Source: Gracilinanus agilis (Eukaryota). Taken from it: a stretch of 64,000 nucleotides of DNA. Positions 56,901 to 64,000 of the stretch are shown piece by piece. The stretch's first letter is position 1. Every line of letters begins with the position of its first letter. The stretch lies in NCBI RefSeq assembly GCF_016433145.1, contig NC_058131.1:612630708-612694707 (forward strand). Direction: 5' to 3'. Position numbers and translations under genes: made by a program. Below the pieces are notes generated by a model. It ran no database searches. It had not been told where the DNA came from and saw only the letters and a list, made by a program, of their open reading frames with translations.

Positions 56901-58537
56901 TCTGAGGAGGAAGAGAAGAAACCTTCCCAGAAGGCAACCCCCAAACCTGCCGTTGTTGTTAAGGTCACTCCCAAGCCGGCTGTGACTACAAAAGCTGCTG
57001 AGGATTCTTCAGATAGCTCAGGTAGAGAAGAGGAAATTAGGGAGCTGGGAGCAGGGCATTGGAAGGCTGTTACTTCCTTGGCCAGGGTCTGGGGACATCT
57101 GTTCACTGCGTTCTTTCTGTGCAGACTCTGACAGCTCTGAGGATGAGGCACCAGCCAAGCCAGCCCCTGGTAATAAGCTAGCCCCTAGTCCAAAGGCTTT
57201 GCCCAGGAAAGCTGATAGCAGCTCGAGTGAGGAGGACAGCAGTTCCAGTGAGGAAGAGAAGAAGCCAGTGACAAAGGCTGCAGCAGCTATCCCCAAACCC
57301 AAGGTAGGGGTCAAGGGAATTCCATCTCCAGGGGCCAAAGCAGCTCCCCAGGACAGCAGTTCAGACTCAGAAAGCTCCAGCAGTGAAGAAGATGAGCCAT
57401 CAAGCAATGTGACTAAGTCCAAGGTGGAGACCACAGCTGTTCCTAAACCTTCCTTGGCAAAAAAATCTAAGGCCAAGAGTAGTTCTTCTGATAGCTCTAG
57501 CGAAGAGGAGGAACAACCAAAACTTAAAAAGAGCCCTAGCCTAGTGGCTAATGGGTCCTGCCCTCCAACACCTCAGAATGGGAAGACTGGCACACCTCAG
57601 GATGAGAAGGAAGAGGAGACAGCAGCCAAGCCAGGTCTGTGTCAGAACATGGGGAGGCTCTGAGGTGGGTCATCCATATATCTTCAATACTCTAGTGTCT
57701 TGGAGAGCTTTGTGGGGGGTGGTATAGAATTGAACTCTCAAGGCTGTTTCTTTTTTTTAAAAAACTCTTACCTTCTGTCTTGGAGTCAATACTGTGTATT
57801 GGCTCCAAGGCAGAAGAGTGGTAAGGGTAGGCAATGGGGGTTAAGTGACTTGCCCAGGGTCACACAGCTGGGAAGTGTCTGAGGTCAGATTTGAACCTAG
57901 GACCTCCATCTCTAGGCCTGGCTCTCAATCCACTGAGCTACCCAGCTGCCCCCTCAAGGCTATTTCTTGATGAGTGATCCTACTTTGTATGTCCAATAGG
58001 CTCTGGAAAGAAGCGGAAAAAGGATGCTGCCCCTGGCCAAGAGGCCACTCCCCCTAAGGTGAAGAAACAAAAGCCTCAGACCCCAAATACGGTTCCCAAA
58101 ACAAAGAAGGTGAGTAACCAGTGGGTGCTAGAAAAGAAGGGTAGGGGACCCCCTTGGCATCTTTCCTCTATACTCTAATTCTCTTCCTTAGGGAGAGAAA
58201 AGGGCATCCTCACCTTTTCGGAGAGTCAAGTCAGAAGAAGTCGAAGTGGATTCTCGGGTGGCTGACAATTCCTTTGATGCCAAGGTAAGAAAGGAATGGT
58301 GGGACTGCCTAGGAGGGAGTGTACCCCTCAGTCTTCTCTTGGCCTTCTGGTTTGTGATGACTTCTTTCCTTTTTTCAGAGGGGTGCAGCTGGAGATTGGG
58401 GAGAGAAAGCAAACGAGGTCCTGAAGTTCACCAAAGGCAAGTCTTTTCGACATGAGAAGACTAAGAAGAAGAGGGGCAGCTACCGAGGTGGTGCCATTTC
58501 CACCCAAGTCAACTCTGTTAAGTTTGAAAGTGACTGA
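49367..58537 (+). CDS. NOLC1: Nucleolar and coiled-body phosphoprotein 1 (Nopp140), whole gene, 14 coding exons, about 757 aa
   Basis: Spliced CDS is 2274 nt with consistent phases. N-terminal LisH (VVPSDLFPLVLGFL), alternating acidic-Ser/basic blocks, SRP40_C C-terminus (FTKGKSFRHEKTKKKRGSYRGG). Confidence 0.96.
51052..51107 (+). CDS. NOLC1: NOLC1 exon 2 (AQQDPNATSLLDIYSFWL)
   Basis: tgcag|GCC ... AA|gtaagt. Confidence 0.95.
51201..51328 (+). CDS. NOLC1: NOLC1 exon 3 (alternative start 51198)
   Basis: CAGTAG tandem acceptor; RKLQANGPVAKKAKK; donor G|gtgaag. Confidence 0.9.
51476..51597 (+). CDS. NOLC1: NOLC1 exon 4
   Basis: cccag|CC ... CAG|gttaga. Confidence 0.9.
51774..52029 (+). CDS. 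NOLC1: NOLC1 exon 5, containing (SD)10 and KTP repeats
   Basis: aacag|AAG ... G|gtattt. Confidence 0.9.
52123..52307 (+). mobile_element. SINE1_Mdo
   Basis: TSD aattgtc(c/t)ctcttt. Confidence 0.92.
52706..52827 (+). CDS. NOLC1: NOLC1 exon 6 (LANGKA, poly-Ser)
   Basis: tccag|GC ... AAG|gttgat. Confidence 0.9.
52926..53058 (+). CDS. NOLC1: NOLC1 exon 7
   Basis: ttaag|GCT ... G|gtgagg. Confidence 0.85.
53660..55560 (-). mobile_element. L2 remnants (several pieces)
   Basis: Purine-rich reverse L2 ORF2/3'UTR motifs. Confidence 0.65.
55835..56034 (-). mobile_element. SINE1-type SINE
   Basis: Reverse consensus. Confidence 0.8.
56162..56389 (+). CDS. NOLC1: NOLC1 exon 8 (GPYSSVPPP, QPPKKK repeats)
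   Basis: agcag|GT ... G|gtgtgt; phase 1-1. Confidence 0.88.
56504..56611 (+). CDS. NOLC1: NOLC1 exon 9 (GQAKVATPKATPAKATPAK...EESSSDSDS); no human counterpart that I recall
   Basis: aagcag|GA ... G|gtgtct; open frame, phase 1-1, typical Nopp140 basic plus acidic module. Confidence 0.75.
56893..57021 (+). CDS. NOLC1: NOLC1 exon 10 (DSSSEEEEKKP...)
   Basis: ctatag|AT ... G|gtagag; CTAAC branch point at 56870. Confidence 0.88.
57125..57634 (+). CDS. NOLC1: NOLC1 exon 11
   Basis: tgcag|AC ... G|gtctgt; 510 nt. Confidence 0.9.
57751..57953 (-). mobile_element. SINE1_Mdo
   Basis: TSD ctcaaggct(g/a)tttc. Confidence 0.92.
58000..58109 (+). CDS. NOLC1: NOLC1 exon 12 (GSGKKRKK...QTPNTVPKTKK)
   Basis: aatag|GC ... 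AAG|gtgagt. Confidence 0.93.
58192..58284 (+). CDS. NOLC1: NOLC1 exon 13 (GEKRASSPFRRV...SFDAK)
   Basis: cttag|GGA ... AAG|gtaaga. Confidence 0.96.
58379..58537 (+). CDS. NOLC1: NOLC1 exon 14, coding part up to TGA (SRP40_C)
   Basis: ttcag|AGG ... KFESD*. Confidence 0.96.
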   Translation, partial: RGAAGDWGEKANEVLKFTKGKSFRHEKTKKKRGSYRGGAISTQVNSVKFESD

Positions 58538-59212
58538 ATGGAGAGACCTTGACTCTGGAGCCTAAGGCCCAGCACCCAGTTCTGTTTCTTGGATTGGCTG
58601 GCTCGAGCTAGTGACTGCTCCCTCAGCCATAGTCCAGACTTGGCCATGGACAGGTTTTCAATGAGGATCCTTTGGGGAATGGGTGGGTGGTGGGACAGGA
58701 AAGTAAGTTGAGGGAAGTGTTCTTCCAGAAGTGTGTTGCTTGGTTGTCCCCTCAATCCTCTGAAATCCAAATACAGCTTGACCTCATTTGAGAAGTCCCT
58801 GAAAGGTTGTATGTGAAGCAAAAATTTGTAATTTTATATTGAATCATATTTTCCTATTGATTAACATAACTTGCCAGAGAAGCACTCCCACAGGCAACAT
58901 TTTGACCCAATAGACTTTGGTTAAAAGACACATGGTTAAAAGACACAATTGAGCACCCGTAATATTTTGGATGGTTTCAGTTTGAGGGTAGGGTAAATTA
59001 GGTAAGACAACCTATCTTAGAAGAAGCTTTTCTCCAAAAAACTATTGTGAAACTGTCAACATAGTCCTGAAGAGGGACCTGCATCTGCACCATCCAAATC
59101 ACCTTTGGAGTTTTGAAATACTATACATCTCAAGAGGCTGCTTCTCAGTTCACTCATTCTGGGTGTTCATCATCCCCTACAAACTTCACAGAGAGCCAGC
59201 TGAGCAACTGAC

Positions 59213-59218
59213 AATAAA
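59213..59218 (+). terminator. NOLC1: Candidate proximal NOLC1 poly(A) signal AATAAA
   Basis: Canonical hexamer about 0.7 kb after the stop. Confidence 0.45.
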
Positions 59219-60194
59219 TAACACTCCCAGATTCATTTACTTCATTGAGTTATGACTATCCATGCTATTTCACAAGATCTTCCATTTTGAGCTGGGAGGG
59301 AGCTCAGAGGTCACCTAGTTCTACCCTCTCTTCCCTCCTTTCCCAGATGAGGGGATGGAGACTCTTAGAGCCTAAGCGACTGGGCAACAGTCACCTAGAT
59401 AGTAAATGTAGAGCCAGTAACAGAACCCACATCCACTTACTTCGAATCTACTCTAGCACTCTACCTCCCATTTCTTCAGGTCTTCAGCCAAATTCATTGG
59501 CCACAAGAATCCTCTGAATGTACTCCTTTGACCATAGTTTGGATCATGATCTGGTGAACTTCAAGGGCCACTTTTTTTCATCCTAGAATCCTGTGGTTAG
59601 ACCATTGCTGAAGAGAGTCAGGATATATATAGGTTGGTGGCTCCATCTTGTCCTGATGATAATCTTGCTTTTACTTAGTGTCCCTTTAGTATCACATTGA
59701 TCAAATGTTCAGTGTGTACGAGTGATTTCTTGACATCCTCAGACTGTTCACACTATTCTTAGAATTGCACAGTCTTCTAAATATAACTAAACCTTCAAAA
59801 AAATCACCATTCAGAAAAAAATTATAAATAACTATTTAGTAAGGAGTAGAAAGGTATAAGACCTTGGAATCACTATCCTAGAATGTATAATTTTTGTGTT
59901 TTTTGGAGGATTGGAGGGAGATGAAAGAAAACATTTTCAGTGGAAGAGTCTATATTTGTCCTCTAGAATTTAGCTCTCTGTAGTGAAGTGACTAGGTACA
60001 TACTAGAATGGGGGTAGGAAGTAATCACTGAAGTTCATGCTGCTGTAGTTGGTTCAATTGATATCAGTGGAAATGGGGAGCAGTTCATTAGAATGCTATT
60101 TTTGTTGTTCCTTAAGTTGTCTGTGATAATCTAGTACTTGGTCTTTGCCTTTGAGTAGATAATAATTATTTACAATTTCTGTCATTTAGTCAGT

Positions 60195-60400
60195 TGTGTC
60201 TTGAGTCTATATGACCCCATTTGGGGTTTTCTTGGCAAAGAGCCATTTCCTTCCCCAGCTCATTTTATAGATATGGAAACTGAGGCAGAGTTAAGGGACT
60301 TGCCCAGGATCACACAGCAGGTGGCTGAGGCAGGATTTGAACTCAGGTCTTCTGGACTCCAGACCTGGAACTCTCTCTGCTGTGCCACCTAGCTGCCTCT
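60195..60400 (-). mobile_element. MAR1-type SINE
   Basis: RTE-like tail plus CORE in reverse. Confidence 0.8.
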
Positions 60401-60563
60401 TATTTGTAATTAGCACACTAATTATGAATATATAGTCAGCATTTGCTAAAGTATGTTTGAAAAACTACTCTTTTCTAGCAAGCCCTTCCCCCCCCATCAC
60501 TAATGATGAACTTTCATCCTAACTGCAATTAATGTGTTGATTGCAAATGATTCTTAACTGCTC

Positions 60564-60569
60564 AATAAA
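60564..60569 (+). terminator. NOLC1: Candidate distal NOLC1 poly(A) signal AATAAA
   Basis: Canonical hexamer about 2 kb after the stop, followed by T-rich sequence. Confidence 0.5.
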
Positions 60570-61445
60570 ACAAGATTTTGTAAGATAACAGTCCTCCCCC
60601 TCCCTTTTTTTAATGGTGGTAATGATAGTACAAAAAGTTTAAGAGTTAATGAAAGACCAGTGTGGTTATTCATACCAGAAACTCAAATACTGAGTCCATT
60701 TGTTATGTTAGATACACCCTTGTTCTGAAAACTTCCCTATTGAAGTTATTAACAAATATCAAGTTCATTGGATTTCCCTAATTTGGCTTAATGTGCTGTT
60801 CCTTGGAAGTGCTGTTGGCAGAACAAATAAACATCATAAAACTTTTGAGAAGTTAGTTCAGGTGAGGGGACTTGCTAGAGGTCACAGTGGCAACTAATCC
60901 AGAACTCTCTTGCTATTGGCAATCTAGTGAAGCTTTAGCTGCCTGCCAGGGTAATGGGGAAATGGAAATGGTTTGTAGAGGCTGGTGACAGCTCCTGAAT
61001 GGCCCAGAAAACTTTCCTACTTCACCCAAAGGTAGAGGGCTTTCTTCTTCTCTAGCTCTGAAGTTCTGCAGAGAAACTGTAATTCAGTTTTATATCCATC
61101 CCTCTAGTCATCTTAAGAACTAATCTTGGAAAACTAGTCATTTTGAACTAATTGATTGGCTGGATCATGGTGAGACCCAAATTTCCAACTGCCTGGCCTT
61201 AATGGCTCTTCTGTCTTGAACCAATACTTAGTGTCAATTCTAAGATGGAAAGTGTAAGGGTTTTTTTAAAAAAAAAAGAACAAATAGGGAAACCAGGAAA
61301 TGGAATTACATTATGGAAGGGAAAGTGGACATAGTGACTATTTTTAACAGACATGTCTCCCCTCATAAGTTCCTTGAAAGGAGGAAGAGTTTTATTTGTG
61401 TTTATATTCTCCACATTTACACAGGTCCTGGCACATAATAGGTCC

Positions 61446-61666
61446 TTTTTTAAAAACTCTTACTTTCTGTCTTAAAATTGGCAAGTATTGGTTTCAAGGT
61501 AGAAGATTTGTAAGGACTAGGCAGTTGGGGTCAAGTGACTTACTTAGGATCACACAGCTAGGAAGTTATACAGATTTGTGTAACACAGGCTCACAAAGAT
61601 TTGAAATCCCGGACCTCTTGTCTCTAGGCCTCACTTTCTATCCACCTGAGTCATTTAACTGCCCCT
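61446..61666 (-). mobile_element. SINE1-type SINE
   Basis: Degenerate reverse consensus. Confidence 0.8.
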
Positions 61667-62804
61667 CCTATTTGTTCTACTAGCAACCACAACCAGACTT
61701 TCTCCACTCCTTCCCCATTCCACCTGCCATCCAATCAATTGCCAAGACCAATGCCTTCTGTTTCTGAGCTATTTCTGTTATCTGCCCATTCCATTCCACT
61801 CCCACAGTGATCAACCCCAGTTCAGGCCTTTGTAGCCTTTTGTCTGGACTCTTGTAACAGCTTTCTAACTGGTGATTCTGATCATTATCTCTAACATCTC
61901 CAATTGGTTTCCTACTCTGAATAGACTATGACTCTCCCTCTCCTCTCCTCTCTTGTAGAAACTGATAGGCAGACTCCATCTTTCCAATATCCTTTTTTTG
62001 GAGGTTTCAGAAGTGGGCCGGTCAGGTTTGGTTTTGTCTGGGGTGGTTCTTGTCCACAACATCTACTCATGAGAAACCAGTTCCACGATGACTTCCTCAA
62101 AGTTTTCAGGATTTAGAGATTGAGGGCACCCTGAGATCCCAGAAGCAATTCACCAATGGGAGAAGGCTGGCATGGTGGAAAGAGACCTGACCAAGTCATC
62201 GAGAAATTACATAAGTAGTCTGGTCGCCAGAAAGCAGAGCCATAGGCATACAGGTAGAAAATGGCAGAGACAATTCAGCTTCTTTCCTCTAGGACTACAT
62301 TCTTTTTAAGTCACAGAAGCCCTACAGCAAGAGTATGCAATAAGAAAAGGGCATCCTTTAGGTTCAGCCCTCCCACTGTCTGGAAAGAGGTTCTCTCTAA
62401 GCCATGATTCCCATTATTTTCCTCAGAATAATAATCTGGATCCTCACTCTGTACATTGTCTTATTTGAACAGAATCTTAGTCTATTATAAATGGGCTCTT
62501 CTTGGAGTCCATTTGGCTCAATATACATTGTTTTGTTCCTCTACCTCACAGGGGAGGCTGATCCCTTTACCTTTGGGTAACAGGTGCTTGCAATGTATTC
62601 TTTTCGGGGTCCTGGATATCCTCAGTTTATTTTGTAACCTAGCAACTTGTCTAGTTACATACTAGAATTTCAAAGCAGGAATTATAACTTCTTGCTGACA
62701 TCAAGCTCCAGTATTAATACCACCACTTATTATTGAGCTTAACCTTTCTTAGCTGAGATTATAGGTAAGGCCAGTTTCTCAATTGAGAAATGTACTGGTT
62801 GTGG

Positions 62805-63020
62805 GGATTAGTGGCACAGTGGACAGAATGCTGGGCTTTGGAGTCAGGAATTCAAATGCCATGTCAAGACACTAGCTGTGTGACCATAGGTCAGTTAACT
62901 CGTTTGCCTTAGTTTCTCCACATGCAAAATGGGGCCAATAATAGCAACCTGTCTCAAAGGGTTCTGAGGATCAAAATATTTGTAAAAAATGGTGCTGGGC
63001 TTCTAGTAGGTGCTTTATAC
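62805..63020 (+). mobile_element. MIR-type SINE
   Basis: tRNA-like head plus core. Confidence 0.75.
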
Positions 63021-63197
63021 TTATTCCCTTCTCTTTATCTCTTCTACTTATGAGTCTTTATATCTGCTCTCTTTTTTGATGTTCAAGCATGAATTGATAG
63101 GTAAGCACAACTTTCACGAAGATACCAAGAACTGAGGCATAGAACCTATAGGATCATTTCTGATAGCATTGCATTCATGCTCTAGAAAAGACATACT

Positions 63198-64000
63198 AAG
63201 GGCAGAGCCAAGATGGCAAATAGCAGGAGGAACAGCTGAACTGTCCTCCACAGCTCCTCTTCAAGACTTAGAGAATTCACTAGAGTCTTGATTGGGAAAT
63301 CAAGAAAAAGTAATAGTCATGCCTTCTGCTCAGATCAATAGAGGGATAGTCTGAATACTTGGGGTAGGGTCCATTCATTTGGATCTGATTCACAAATCCA
63401 AAATGAGCAGTTGAGAGAATGTGTGCCTACATGTGTTTCAGGGTGAGGAGTAGTCTGTGTGGCCCTAGGCTACATCCTGAGAAAAGAGCAAGTTCAAAAT
63501 CATATAGCTGTGTGGTTCTGAACCCAGAAGCAGAGCAAAGTCTTAAGCTTCAGCCTTCAGTCAGATCTGAAACCTGTAGTGTAATACCCCAAAGACAATG
63601 TACCACCCTCACCACTCCCCTGCAAAAAAACAAAAAACAAAAGCTTAGACACCATATTTCAAGAAATGCCCAAATCTCTTAGAACCAGAAGGCAAAGTAA
63701 AAATAAAAGAAACCTCAAGGTGACAGCTCCCAGGAATATTATAGACAGAATCTAGAGTTTCTAGGTTTAAAAAACAAAGGAAAAAAAATGCAAGCACCAA
63801 AGTATTAGTCAGGATTACACCAGATTTAGCAGCTATCACTATATAAAGTCAGATAGTTTGAAATACAGTATTGGAGAAGGCAAAAGATAGTGGCTTACAA
63901 TTTACCACCCCAAACTGAGTAAAATCCTAGCGGGGAATAAATGGATTTTGAATGAAACAGTGGAGTTCCAAGAATTCTTGATGAAAAGATTAATGCTGAG
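63198..64000 (+). mobile_element. L1 5'UTR start plus degenerate ORF1 C-terminal half, running off the window
   Basis: Starts gagccaagatggc. Remnant translation resembles ORF1 (LLEPEGKV.. PRNII.. RITPDLAA.. FQEFLMKR). Confidence 0.7.

Noticed and set aside
49487-58378. Intronic snoRNAs in NOLC1 (plausible for a ribosome-biogenesis gene)
   Set aside because: I saw no convincing C/D box pair with a terminal stem and no H/ACA layout. An Infernal/Rfam or snoscan search would be needed to exclude them fully.
62552-62576. 25-nt micro-exon-like segment (cacag|...TGG|gtaaca)
   Set aside because: No host transcript or coding support; such sites arise by chance.
58600-64000. ELOVL3 exons
   Set aside because: No ELO-family sequence recognised; the gene is expected further downstream.
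1-64000. CRISPR arrays, rRNA genes, numts or intact retroelement ORFs
   Set aside because: No regularly spaced repeat-spacer array, rRNA-like or mitochondrial-like segment was seen, and all LINE ORFs are broken by stops and frameshifts.

Overview
Marsupial genomic DNA, most likely Monodelphis domestica judging from the abundant SINE1_Mdo-type SINEs, MAR1, RTE and L1/L2 remnants. The window is syntenic to human 10q24.32. It holds the 5' end of LDB1 (minus strand: coding exon 1 at 7250-7274 plus a probable internal promoter near 2.0-2.5 kb that overlaps a 128-N gap), the complete PPRC1 gene (plus strand, 14 coding exons, 22058-39124, about 1555-1569 aa) and the complete NOLC1/Nopp140 gene (plus strand, 14 coding exons, 49367-58537, about 757 aa). 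I traced every PPRC1 and NOLC1 exon by hand through GT-AG boundaries, and the phases are consistent. I found no new protein-coding gene, RNA gene or CRISPR array, and no evidence of a wholly new biological system. The best leads are regulatory and evolutionary: a start-stop uORF abutting the LDB1 AUG; a MYC E-box cluster and ZNF143/THAP11 motifs at PPRC1; two candidate poison exons built from poly-T tracts; and apparent turnover of NOLC1 acidic/basic modules, with one block eroded and one extra exon present relative to human. There is also a nested transposon stack between PPRC1 and NOLC1. All comparisons to human proteins and repeat consensuses are from memory and need alignment. Repeat boundaries are approximate unless a target-site duplication (TSD) is quoted.
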